Below, one piece after another: positions 27,056 to 36,424 of a stretch of 64,000 nucleotides of DNA. Under the pieces are notes generated by a model. It worked only from the letters and a program-made list of their open reading frames with translations. It was not told the origin of the DNA and made no database searches. The position numbers and the translations under genes were made by a program. Location: positions 4,768-68,767 of the forward strand of contig JAGSHF010000001.1 of assembly GCA_023954685.1 (NCBI GenBank). The letters are read 5' to 3'. Each line of letters begins with the position of its first letter. Within the stretch, counting starts at the first letter, position 1. Source of the DNA: Flavobacteriaceae bacterium. Its GTDB lineage: Bacteria > Bacteroidota > Bacteroidia > Flavobacteriales > Flavobacteriaceae.

Positions 27056-29986
27056 ATGAAAACAAAATTTAATAGTTTATTGTTCCTTTTATTAATGCTT
27101 CCAGCATTGATTTTTGCCCAAAGTCAGGTATCAGGAATAGTAACTGAAAATTCAACTTCGCTACCCCTTCCCGGTGTTAATGTCATAATAAAAGGCACTA
27201 CCTCTGGAACGGCTACCGATTTTGATGGTAAATATCAAGTATCAGCAAATGCTGGAGATATTTTGGTATTTTCATATGTTGGCTACATTTCCAAAGAAGT
27301 CACTTATGACGGTGGTAGTACTTTAAATGTATCCTTATTTGAAGATGCTGCACAATTAGATGAGGTTGTACTAATTGGATATGGCTCAGTTAAAAAAGAA
27401 GATTTGACTGGTGCTGTAGATTTAGTAACAACAAAAGATTTTAATAAAGGCCCGGTAGTTTCTGCACAACAATTAATTACGGGTAAAATTGCTGGAGTTT
27501 CAATAACCTCTAGTAGTGGTGCTCCTGGTGAAGGTCAAGAAATTAGAATTCGTGGAAACAGTTCAATTTCATTAAATAATAATCCGCTTATAGTACTTGA
27601 TGGTATTCCTTTAGATCAAGGCGGAGTTGGCGGCACAAGAAATCCATTAAACCTTGTTAACCCCAATGATATTGAAAGCATGACGGTTTTAAAAGATGCC
27701 TCTGCTACTTCCATTTATGGGTCTAGAGCCGCAAATGGTGTCATTATTGTAACAACTAAAAGAGGAAAAGATTCTGAATTTAAATTTAATACGAGCTTAA
27801 CATCGACTGTATTTAATGCTACAGATCGCGTAGATGTTTTAAGTAGTGATCAATTTAAAGACATTATAACGAATCACCCTCAAGCTGATGTAAACACCAT
27901 TGCACTTCTTGGGGATGCAAACACCAATTGGCAAGATGAAATTTACAGAACAGCATCAGGCCATGATTTTGCTTTTAGTGCTTTGGGTAGTGCGTGGGGT
28001 ATTCCTATGAGAGCTTCATTAGGTTTCACCAATCAAGATGGCATCTTAAAAAGAGATAACTTTAAACGATCTACAGCTTCATTAAACTTAAATCCATCTT
28101 TTTTTGATGACCATTTAAAAATTGACCTTAATTTAAGAGGCAACTATACTGAAAACGAATTTGGCAATAGAAGTGCAATTGGAGCTTCTATTGATTTTGA
28201 TCCTACACAATCCATATATGACTCAAATTCACCATTTGGTGGTTATTTTACTTGGTTAGATCCAGTTACAGGTCAACAAGCGGCTATGTCTCCAACTAAT
28301 CCGCTTGCTTTAATCCATTTGAGAGATGATGACTCAGAGGTAAGACGTTTTGTTGGAAATGCTAAATTTGACTATAAATTACACTTTTTTGACAATATTA
28401 CTGCAACCATAAGCGTAGGCCTAGATAAATCGGATAGCAACGGTAGGACTGTAACATCTCCGGATATGCCTTCTACGGACGCAGCATTTAATGGGGCGAG
28501 ACAAAGCTACTCAAATCAAGCAATAAATCAATTATTTGATGCTTATTTAACTTACAATAAGTCTTTTCAAGATGACAAGCACAACTTGGTTGTAGTAGCC
28601 GGTTATTCATATCAGTCTTTTGAATATGACAATTTCAATGATGACAGTTTAAAAAAAGAACAAGGTACTGCTTATGAATTTGTTGATAAATCTAAGTCTG
28701 TACTTTTATCTTATTTTGGTCGTGCAAACTATGACATAAATGGCAAATATTTAATAACTGCCACATTGAGAGCAGACGCATCTTCAAAATTAAATCCAGA
28801 TGATCGTTGGGGATATTTTCCATCAGCTGCATTAGCTTGGAATATTCATAAAGAAGATTTTATAAATGAAGAAGGCACCTTAAATGAACTAAAACTACGT
28901 GTAGGTTATGGAGAAGTTGGTAATATTAATGGTTTAGGTGATTACTTATTTTTAACGCGTTATTCAGGCAGTCAGGCTAGTGCTGATTATCAGTTTGGAA
29001 ATTCCTTTTATCAAACCTATCGTCCCGATCCAGTGAACACAGAATTACGTTGGGAAGTAGGCAAAACCTTTAATATCGGTTTAGATTATGCTTTGTTTAA
29101 TCGTCGTTTATTTGGATCCGTTAACGTTTATAGCAAAAAGACCGATGACTTAATCGCATTCGCATCAATTGACCCTTTCACAAATTTTGGAAGTAGAATT
29201 GATAAGAACATCGGTGATATGGAAAACAAAGGAATTGAATTTGCTATTAATGCCATCCCGGTTCGTACCGAAGACATAGAATGGTCTATAAACTTTAATG
29301 TTGCTTTTAATGACAACAAAATAACGCGGCTACCATTTGATCAAGAAACAGGTGGCATCAGTGGCGGAGTTGGTAACAACATTCAAATCCACAGAGAAGG
29401 CTATGCGCCATATAGTTATAACGTATACCAACAAGTATACGATACAAATGGCAGCCCCATAGAAGGCGCCTTTGTAGATAGAAATGGTGACAATAAAATT
29501 ACTGATGCTGATAAATATTTGTATAAAGATCCTTACGCAGATGTACTTATGGGAATAAATTCTAGCTTATCTTATAAAAACTGGGATTTCTCGATTCAAA
29601 ATAGAGCAAGTATTGGAAATTACGTTTATAATAATGTGGCTTCAAGTAAATCTTACTTAAACAATATGATCCCCTCTAATAATTTATCGTTAATAAATAT
29701 TCATGGTAGTTATTTAAACAATGGTTTTGAACAAGAAACAGATACAAATTTCTTGAATAGTCATTTTGTTGAAGACGGATCGTTCTTTAAGATTGATAAT
29801 ATAACCCTTGGCTATACATGGGATAAAGCTTTTAACGACACAAACTTTAGAGTCTTTGGGTCGGTACAAAATGTAGCTACCTTTACGAACTATGACGGAT
29901 TAGATCCTGAAATAAATGGTGGCATCGATAATAATTTCTATCCAAGGCCACGTTCATTCTTACTTGGCATAAATGTAGATTTTTAA
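27056..29986 (+). CDS. susC: SusC/RagA family TonB-linked outer-membrane transporter
   Basis: 976 aa. Signal peptide, CarboxypepD_reg-like N-domain (GIVTE...LPGVNVIIKGTTSGTATDFDGKY), plug (SMTVLKDASATSIYGSRAANGVIIVTTKRG) and a C-terminal ...LLGINVDF. Confidence 0.95.
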   Translation: MKTKFNSLLFLLLMLPALIFAQSQVSGIVTENSTSLPLPGVNVIIKGTTSGTATDFDGKYQVSANAGDILVFSYVGYISKEVTYDGGSTLNVSLFEDAAQLDEVVLIGYGSVKKEDLTGAVDLVTTKDFNKGPVVSAQQLITGKIAGVSITSSSGAPGEGQEIRIRGNSSISLNNNPLIVLDGIPLDQGGVGGTRNPLNLVNPNDIESMTVLKDASATSIYGSRAANGVIIVTTKRGKDSEFKFNTSLTSTVFNATDRVDVLSSDQFKDIITNHPQADVNTIALLGDANTNWQDEIYRTASGHDFAFSALGSAWGIPMRASLGFTNQDGILKRDNFKRSTASLNLNPSFFDDHLKIDLNLRGNYTENEFGNRSAIGASIDFDPTQSIYDSNSPFGGYFTWLDPVTGQQAAMSPTNPLALIHLRDDDSEVRRFVGNAKFDYKLHFFDNITATISVGLDKSDSNGRTVTSPDMPSTDAAFNGARQSYSNQAINQLFDAYLTYNKSFQDDKHNLVVVAGYSYQSFEYDNFNDDSLKKEQGTAYEFVDKSKSVLLSYFGRANYDINGKYLITATLRADASSKLNPDDRWGYFPSAALAWNIHKEDFINEEGTLNELKLRVGYGEVGNINGLGDYLFLTRYSGSQASADYQFGNSFYQTYRPDPVNTELRWEVGKTFNIGLDYALFNRRLFGSVNVYSKKTDDLIAFASIDPFTNFGSRIDKNIGDMENKGIEFAINAIPVRTEDIEWSINFNVAFNDNKITRLPFDQETGGISGGVGNNIQIHREGYAPYSYNVYQQVYDTNGSPIEGAFVDRNGDNKITDADKYLYKDPYADVLMGINSSLSYKNWDFSIQNRASIGNYVYNNVASSKSYLNNMIPSNNLSLINIHGSYLNNGFEQETDTNFLNSHFVEDGSFFKIDNITLGYTWDKAFNDTNFRVFGSVQNVATFTNYDGLDPEINGGIDNNFYPRPRSFLLGINVDF

Positions 29987-29997
29987 AAAATTGAATT

Positions 29998-31908
29998 ATG
30001 AAGAATATATTTAAACAAATCATATTTATATTAACTATCTCGATTTTCATGGTGGCATGTCATGATGATTTAAATCAAAACCCTATAGATCCAGATAGTT
30101 TTACTGAAGGCGATGTTTTTGCAAATGTGGAAACTGCCAAAGGCGCCTTAGCTAAGCTTTACGCGAGTATGGCACTCACAGGTCAAGAAGGACCAGCTGG
30201 TCAACCAGATATTGCAGATATAGATGAAGGATTCTCTCAGTATTCACGAATGCTTTTTATGCTGAATGAATTAACTACGGATCATGCTGTATTAGGTTGG
30301 GGTGATTCTGGAGTACCAGATATGCATGGCCAATATTGGACCGCGAGCAATGACTTTACTAGTGCTATGTACATGAGATTAGCACAGCAGGTTTCATTTT
30401 GCAACTCTTTCATAACTAATGCTGCAGACTTAGAAGGCGATGAAGTTGCTTCATTTATTGCTGAGGCTCGATTTTTAAGAGCATTTGCTTATTATAACTT
30501 AATTGACATGTACGCCAATGTGCCACTTGTAACAGAAATCTCTACTGATTTACCGTCACAAAGTACTAGATCTGAAGTATATACTTTTATTGAAAATGAG
30601 TTAATTGATATTGAAACAATTTTACCTTCAAGTCAATCTAACGAATATGGGCGTGTTGATCAAGTAGCAGCTTGGGCATTACTTTCAAAGTTGTATTTAA
30701 ATGGAGAATCATGGACTGGAGTAGGCCGCTATAGCGACTGTATTACCTATTCTGATAAGGTTATCAATTCAAGTTACAGCATTCACACCAATGACCTTAA
30801 TGGTAATGGATCGGCATATGATGAGTTATTCTTAGCTGATAATGACACCAATGGAGCACAACGTGAATTCATTTATACTTTAAATTTTGATGGTGTTCAG
30901 TCTCAAACTTATGGTGGCACTACGTTTTTAACTCATGCAGCAGTTGGTGGTACCATGGTACCCGCAGATTATGGAATAGATTCAGGATGGGGAGGTTTAC
31001 GAACCACTTCAGCTCTAGTAGGCCAATTTACAGCTGAAGAGATCGATGTTGATGCGCTAAACGCAAGTTTAGGAGGTAATTTAAGCAATTGGGGATTAGT
31101 TGGAGATGCGACTGAGAACAGTTGGGATGGACCAGATATGGAAATGTATGAAGTTAATTCAAATCAATTTTCAATATACGCTACTTTAACTGATGGATTT
31201 TTCAAGTTTAGATTTGATGAGGACTGGGGCGTTAATTATGGAAGTGATTTATCCGATGGAACTTTACAATCTGGCGGTGAAAATATTCCGATTACGGCCG
31301 GAACTTATCTAGTAACCATGGATTTAGACAATCTGACGTATACCTTAACAGAAATTTTTGCAGCTTCAGATACAAGAGCCATGTTTTATACGGATGGTCA
31401 GTCTTTAGAAATTGAGACCATACCTCCATTTAAAAATGGATATGCTGTAACAAAATTTAAGAACATTGATTCACAGGGTAATCCAGGAGTGGGAACCGGT
31501 GCTGATAATAGAGTTGATACCGATTTACCTTTAATTCGCCTTCCTGAAATATTTTTGAATTATGCTGAAGCTTCTTTAAGAGGTGGTGGTGGTGATATCA
31601 GTTTGGCTGTTTCTAAGATAAACGAATTGAGAACTAGAGCATTTGGTGGAACCATCGCAGGTAATATTAATGTAGGCGATTTGGACTTAGAATTTGTGCT
31701 TAACGAGCGTTCGAGAGAATTGTTTTGGGAAGGACAACGAAGAACCGACTTAGTACGCTATAATAGTTTTACAACCAATGCCTATTTATGGCCATGGAAA
31801 GGTAATCAACGCAACGGAACTGCGGTTGGAGACTATAGAAACATTTTTCCAATACCAAGTAATACAATTTTAACCAATCCTAATTTGAATCAAAATCCTG
31901 GATACTAA
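29998..31908 (+). CDS. susD: SusD/RagB family nutrient-binding lipoprotein with a ~100-aa internal insertion
   Basis: 636 aa with lipobox MVACHDD. SusD-like TPR core (ARFLRAFAYYNLIDMYANVPL, LPLIRLPEIFLNYAEA, ERSRELFWEGQRRTDLVRY). Residues ~355-453 are extra relative to the usual core. Confidence 0.9.
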   Translation: MKNIFKQIIFILTISIFMVACHDDLNQNPIDPDSFTEGDVFANVETAKGALAKLYASMALTGQEGPAGQPDIADIDEGFSQYSRMLFMLNELTTDHAVLGWGDSGVPDMHGQYWTASNDFTSAMYMRLAQQVSFCNSFITNAADLEGDEVASFIAEARFLRAFAYYNLIDMYANVPLVTEISTDLPSQSTRSEVYTFIENELIDIETILPSSQSNEYGRVDQVAAWALLSKLYLNGESWTGVGRYSDCITYSDKVINSSYSIHTNDLNGNGSAYDELFLADNDTNGAQREFIYTLNFDGVQSQTYGGTTFLTHAAVGGTMVPADYGIDSGWGGLRTTSALVGQFTAEEIDVDALNASLGGNLSNWGLVGDATENSWDGPDMEMYEVNSNQFSIYATLTDGFFKFRFDEDWGVNYGSDLSDGTLQSGGENIPITAGTYLVTMDLDNLTYTLTEIFAASDTRAMFYTDGQSLEIETIPPFKNGYAVTKFKNIDSQGNPGVGTGADNRVDTDLPLIRLPEIFLNYAEASLRGGGGDISLAVSKINELRTRAFGGTIAGNINVGDLDLEFVLNERSRELFWEGQRRTDLVRYNSFTTNAYLWPWKGNQRNGTAVGDYRNIFPIPSNTILTNPNLNQNPGY

Positions 31909-31919
31909 AAAATAAAATA

Positions 31920-33113
31920 ATGAAAAATATAAAATTTTTAACCTTATTATTCTTAAGCTTAATTGCTTTGAATTCTTGCGAAAAAGATGATGGCATTACG
32001 TATATCGCTCAACCAGTTGGTGAGTTTACATTTTCGAATTCATTTTTAACTGAGTATGTGTTAACACCTACTGCATCTAGCAATATTGGTGAACGCTTCA
32101 CATGGGATTCTGCCAATTTTGACATCCCAACAAATGTAACTTATGAAATGCAAAAATCTATTTCTGGTGATTTTTCCGACTTGGAAGTTGTTGGAACAAC
32201 CGATGAAAATTCTTATGCCATAACTATTGGGGAATTATTAGGTTTTGCGAGCGAAGCTGGATTAGACAATGATCCTGATACTGAAAACCCAAATACTGGT
32301 GATGTTTATTTTAGAGTACGTGCCTTTGTTGGCTCGGATTCATCGATAGAAAATCTATCAGCAACACAAGCTTTAACTTTATTTTTACCTGAGGATGCTG
32401 GTTCGGGGCCTGCCTGTGCTCTTGATCAAATGTGGGCCGTTGGCGCTGGGGTACCAGATGCTGGATGGGGGTGGACATCACCTATTAGATTTGCTTGTAA
32501 AGGTGATGGATTATATGCCGGAAACGTCAATCTTCAAAATAATGGTGGCGCAGACAATAACTTTAGGTTCTTTACAACTGAAGGTGATTGGGCTTCTGGT
32601 TTAAACTACCCTTACTATGTAAATGAAGGCTATACTATTGATGCAAATTTTGAAGACGCATTGGACGATGATAATAACTTTGCCTTTGTAGGCACTACGG
32701 GGTTTTATTATTTAGAAATTGACACCTCTGCTAAAACTATCACACTTGGAGAAGCCCAAAGCTCTGGTGAATGTGATTTGGAACAGTATTATCTAGTAGG
32801 CGCTGGAGTACCAGATGCTGGATGGGGGTGGACAACGCCTGTAAATTTATTTTGTAACGGAGATGGTGTTTATGAAGGCCCTGTTAATTTACAAAATAAT
32901 GGAGGAGTCGATAACAATTTCAGGTTCTTCCAGATAGAAGGTGATTGGGCTTCAGGCCAAAATTTTCCATATTTTATTACCGAAGGATACACTATTGATG
33001 CACGCTTTGAAGAAGCCGATGACGATGACAAGAACTTCGCATTTATTGGAACATCTGGTGTTTACTACATGAAATTAGATGCTGTGAATAAAACGATAAC
33101 ATTATCGGAATAA
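31920..33113 (+). CDS. SusE/SusF-like outer-membrane starch-binding lipoprotein with two tandem CBM-like domains
   Basis: 397 aa with lipobox ALNSCEKDD. It occupies the position immediately after susD. An internal duplication of ~119 aa gives VGAGVPDAGWGWT...NNFRFF..EGDWASG...KTITL twice. Confidence 0.75.
   Translation: MKNIKFLTLLFLSLIALNSCEKDDGITYIAQPVGEFTFSNSFLTEYVLTPTASSNIGERFTWDSANFDIPTNVTYEMQKSISGDFSDLEVVGTTDENSYAITIGELLGFASEAGLDNDPDTENPNTGDVYFRVRAFVGSDSSIENLSATQALTLFLPEDAGSGPACALDQMWAVGAGVPDAGWGWTSPIRFACKGDGLYAGNVNLQNNGGADNNFRFFTTEGDWASGLNYPYYVNEGYTIDANFEDALDDDNNFAFVGTTGFYYLEIDTSAKTITLGEAQSSGECDLEQYYLVGAGVPDAGWGWTTPVNLFCNGDGVYEGPVNLQNNGGVDNNFRFFQIEGDWASGQNFPYFITEGYTIDARFEEADDDDKNFAFIGTSGVYYMKLDAVNKTITLSE
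32415..33110 (+). repeat. tandem in-frame duplication (2 x 357 nt, 32415-32771 and 32772-33110) inside the SusE/F-like gene
   Basis: Both units start with Cys (aa 166 and aa 285). They share long identical peptide runs and nucleotide runs such as CCAGATGCTGGATGGGGGTGGACA. Confidence 0.85.
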
Positions 33114-33144
33114 TTATAATGTTATGTTAGTATTATAAAATAAT

Positions 33145-33180
33145 AAAGGGTCATGAATGTCTTCATGACCCTTTATTATT
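33145..33180 (+). terminator. rho-independent terminator after the SusE/F-like gene
   Basis: Perfect 13-bp stem AAAGGGTCATGAA / TTCATGACCCTTT with a 4-nt loop (33158-33161), followed by ATTATT. Confidence 0.65.
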
Positions 33181-33198
33181 TAATCTCAATATTTTAAT

Positions 33199-36063
33199 AT
33201 GAAAAAAATTACCTATTTACTGCTTATTATATGTTCAACCATGAGCAGTCATGGGCAGGTTACCATAAACCCTAGCCCTTTTGAAATAAATCAATCCATA
33301 ACAATTACAGTTGACGCAACGAGTAATGCTACGGGTTGTAATGGTTTTAATAATCCCAATAAAATTTATGCCCATTTAGGTATTGGTACAGATTCAAATG
33401 CTTTTGGAATTGCTGTAGTTGGAAATTGGGGCGCTGACGATGGTCTAGGTGAAATGACTCATAATGGAGATGGAACTTGGAGTATTACATTAATGCCTGC
33501 CACCTATTTCAATTTATCTGCTTCGGAATCCGATGCTGCAACAAAAATGGGGATGGTGTTTAGAAATGAAGATGGTACCCAAGAGTTTAAAGATAATGGT
33601 TGTACTGATTTTGTATTTAATGTTGGTGCGTTTCAAGTTACAATGATTAATCCTATTGAGGAAAGTAACACAATCATAGTAAATAATGGTGGTGGCACAC
33701 AAATTTTAGCTCAAAACACTAATGGCCTCGCTAGTTATGAACTTTTTGCCAACGGTACTAGTGTTCATACCCAAAACAATACTACATTTTACAATGGCCA
33801 TTTATTTTCAAATTTATCTGAAAATCAATACTGCCAATTAGTGGTCACTCAAGGTGCCTCTTCAGTAACGAAAACATTTACTATTTTAGTAAATAACACC
33901 TCAACTGCAAATGTGCCAAGTGGTATGGTAGATGGTATTAATTACCACAGTGGCGACGCCAGTAAAGCTACTTTAGTTTTAGATGTACCAAATAAAGATT
34001 TTGTATACGTGGCAGGAAGTTTTAATAACTGGACTCCAACTAGTGCAGATGCGATGCAGCGGGAAACTGGTTCAAGCTTATTTTGGATTGAATTAACAGG
34101 GCTTACACCTGGTGAAAATTACACCTATCAATATTGGGTGGGTGATAAAACTGATGTGCCCAGCAACTCACCGGAACTCGTAAAAACAGCAGACCCCTAT
34201 TCGACATTAGTTCTGTCACCATTTGACGACCCCTCTATTCCATCAAATTCTTATCCAAATATTCCCAATTACCCAGATGGGCAAGAACGTGAAGTCACGG
34301 TTTTAAAAACAGGGGAATCTTCTTATAATTGGCAAATAACCAATTTTAATAAACCTAAAAAAGAAGACCTTATTATCTATGAAGTACTGATTAGAGATTT
34401 TGATGCAAACAGAAATTTTCAAGACCTTATTGATAGGATAGAATATTTTAAAAGCCTTAATATCAATGCCATTCAATTGATGCCAGTCATGGAATATGAA
34501 GGCAATGAAAGTTGGGGTTATAATACCGCATTCCACATGGCTCTCGATAAGTATTACGGTACAAAAGACACCTTTAAAGCCTTTATTGATTTATGTCATA
34601 AAAACGGTATTGCTGTAATTTTAGATGTGGCATTAAATCATGCCTTTGGAAGAAATCCAATGGTGAGAATGTGGATGGATGACCCAGATAACGACGGCTG
34701 GGGAGAACCTAGTAGTGAAAACCCATATTTTAATCAAGAAGCAAAACACAGTTATAATGTTGGATCCGATTTTAACCACCAAAAATCTCGGACACAAAAT
34801 TATACGCAACGCGTTGTAAAACATTGGATTGACGAATTTAAAATAGATGGATTTCGGTGGGATTTAACTAAAGGATTCACTCAAAACTGCTCTCCAAATG
34901 ACGAAGGTTGTACTAACAGTTATCAAGCAGATCGGGTTGCAGTATTAAAAACCTATGCTGATTATTCTTGGAGTATAGATCCTGAGCATTATGTCATATT
35001 TGAACATTTAGGTGGATCTAATGAAGAAGCAGAATGGGCAGATTACCGTTATGATGAAGGTAAAGGAATTATGCTTTGGGGCAAGATGACTGATCCATAT
35101 AATCAACTTACTATGGGCTACAACTCGAGTAATGATATCAGGGGTATGGGTCACGAAAGTAGAGGTTTTGAAGGTAAACGTTTGGTTGGCTATGCCGAAA
35201 GTCATGACGAAGAGCGCCTAATGTATAAAAACGTTGAGTTTGGAAATTCCAGTGGTGGTTATGATGTCACCAATCTCAATACCGCACTTTCTCGTATGTC
35301 AGCTTTAGGTGCCGTAACATTAACAATTCCAGGGCCAAAAATGATCTGGCATTTTGGTGAATTGGGTATGGAAAATTCAATATTTACTTGTGCAGATGGA
35401 AGTTTTGGTGGCGATGCATGTAAACTAGACACAAAACCACAGCCCCAATGGGCAAATAACTGGGCAGATGACCCTTTAAGAAACCAAATATACCAGGATT
35501 GGGCAAGGCTCAATAAATTAAAAATTGAAGAAGCTGTTTTTGAAGGTGATTATAGTATTACTTCTAATTCACTAACACCCAAAATTTATATTTGGGATGA
35601 CAATTTACCGAGTTCCGAATTAAAAAACATCGTGATACTTGCCAATTTTGATTTGAGTACTCAAAACGTAGTTCCCAATTTTCCAAATACAGGTAATTGG
35701 TATGACCTAATGGATGAAACTGGTAATTCGTTTATTAGTGTAACTAATACCAATGCTGCGATTGCTATACCCGCTGGTGAATTTAGAATCTTTGGAAATA
35801 AAGGCGCAACATTAGGAATAGATGATGTTCATTTAGATAATGATTTTAGTTTATATCCAAACCCATCTTCTACTAGTTTCAAAGTTAATAAGAGTTTGAA
35901 AAAAGTGACTATTTATGACATTTCCGGGAAAGTAATAACAACTTATTTAGGTCATTTTCAAGCCGAACATGATTTTGATGTTTCTAGATTTGTAAAAGGA
36001 ATGTACTTGGTGACATTAGAAACTGGAACTAACAGGATAACAAAAAAACTCATAGTCAACTAA
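33199..36063 (+). CDS. secreted GH13 alpha-amylase/pullulanase-like enzyme with N-terminal binding domains and a T9SS C-terminal sorting domain
   Basis: 954 aa with a signal peptide.
- CBM48/E-set-like block: FVYVAGSFNNWTP...FWIELTGLTPGENYTYQYWV.
- GH13 regions: ILDVALNHAFG, IDGFRWDLTKG, IFEHLG, YAESHDEER.
- Last ~80 aa: LYPNPSSTSFKVN...IYDISGKVI...GMYLVTLETG...KKLIVN, a Por/T9SS secretion tail. Confidence 0.85.
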   Translation: MKKITYLLLIICSTMSSHGQVTINPSPFEINQSITITVDATSNATGCNGFNNPNKIYAHLGIGTDSNAFGIAVVGNWGADDGLGEMTHNGDGTWSITLMPATYFNLSASESDAATKMGMVFRNEDGTQEFKDNGCTDFVFNVGAFQVTMINPIEESNTIIVNNGGGTQILAQNTNGLASYELFANGTSVHTQNNTTFYNGHLFSNLSENQYCQLVVTQGASSVTKTFTILVNNTSTANVPSGMVDGINYHSGDASKATLVLDVPNKDFVYVAGSFNNWTPTSADAMQRETGSSLFWIELTGLTPGENYTYQYWVGDKTDVPSNSPELVKTADPYSTLVLSPFDDPSIPSNSYPNIPNYPDGQEREVTVLKTGESSYNWQITNFNKPKKEDLIIYEVLIRDFDANRNFQDLIDRIEYFKSLNINAIQLMPVMEYEGNESWGYNTAFHMALDKYYGTKDTFKAFIDLCHKNGIAVILDVALNHAFGRNPMVRMWMDDPDNDGWGEPSSENPYFNQEAKHSYNVGSDFNHQKSRTQNYTQRVVKHWIDEFKIDGFRWDLTKGFTQNCSPNDEGCTNSYQADRVAVLKTYADYSWSIDPEHYVIFEHLGGSNEEAEWADYRYDEGKGIMLWGKMTDPYNQLTMGYNSSNDIRGMGHESRGFEGKRLVGYAESHDEERLMYKNVEFGNSSGGYDVTNLNTALSRMSALGAVTLTIPGPKMIWHFGELGMENSIFTCADGSFGGDACKLDTKPQPQWANNWADDPLRNQIYQDWARLNKLKIEEAVFEGDYSITSNSLTPKIYIWDDNLPSSELKNIVILANFDLSTQNVVPNFPNTGNWYDLMDETGNSFISVTNTNAAIAIPAGEFRIFGNKGATLGIDDVHLDNDFSLYPNPSSTSFKVNKSLKKVTIYDISGKVITTYLGHFQAEHDFDVSRFVKGMYLVTLETGTNRITKKLIVN

Positions 36064-36139
36064 TTAAACTCAGGAAATCATAAACCACTGAACAAATAGG
36101 ATATTTACATTCTGACTGATAGCAAACCTGAGTTTAAAC

Positions 36140-36180
36140 AAAGAGCTTCAAAAATACTTGAAGCTCTTTTAGTTTTTGTT
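36140..36180 (+). terminator. rho-independent terminator after the T9SS amylase gene
   Basis: 12-bp stem AAAGAGCTTCAA / TTGAAGCTCTTT with a 6-nt loop, followed by TAGTTTTTGTT. Confidence 0.65.
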
Positions 36181-36185
36181 GAACA

Positions 36186-36215
36186 AAAAAGCTTCAGTTA
36201 AAACTGAAGCTTTTT
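36186..36215 (-). terminator. hairpin terminator downstream of tRNA-Leu, potentially bidirectional
   Basis: AAAAAGCTTCAG / CTGAAGCTTTTT stem around a TTAAAA loop, with A/T runs on both sides. It begins 9 nt past the tRNA 3' end. Confidence 0.55.
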
Positions 36216-36223
36216 ACTCATTG

Positions 36224-36305
36224 TGCGGGCGGAGAGACTCGAACTCTCACACCTCGCGGCACTAGATCCTAAGTCTAGCGTGTCTACCAATTCCACCACG
36301 CCCGC
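36224..36305 (-). tRNA. tRNA-Leu (anticodon UAG), class II with a long variable arm
   Basis: Reverse complement: GCGGGCG TG GTGG AATTGGTAGA CACG CTAGA CTTAGGA TCTAG TGCCGCGAGGTGT GAGAG TTCGAGT CTCTC CGCCCGC A. It has a 7-bp acceptor stem, a 5-bp anticodon stem with a CU-UAG-GA loop, a T-arm with TTCGAGT, and no encoded CCA. Confidence 0.92.
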
Positions 36306-36424
36306 AATAAGTCCCGAATTTATCGGGATGCAAATATAAACATTACTTTTAATATTCAAATCTATTGACAAAAAATAATATTGCTTTTTGTATTTTTGAT
36401 ACTTTCCAAAAAAAAACATATCGT

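Noticed and set aside
36140-36305. tRNA-Leu as a genomic-island or integration boundary
   Set aside because: No integrase, recombinase or phage gene is present on either side. I saw no direct repeat of the tRNA 3' end elsewhere in the window, and the flanking genes look like core metabolism with the same composition.
36198-36419. 73-aa ORF in the supplied track
   Set aside because: It runs through the tRNA-Leu gene (36224-36305) and its terminator hairpin on the same strand. The peptide is low-complexity, so it is almost certainly not coding.
36365-36424. TTG-initiated 20-codon N-terminal extension of the M20 dipeptidase
   Set aside because: The extension starts about 60 nt from the tRNA gene, within its upstream region, and encodes no conserved sequence. 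The ATG at 36425 gives a typical M20 N-terminus.
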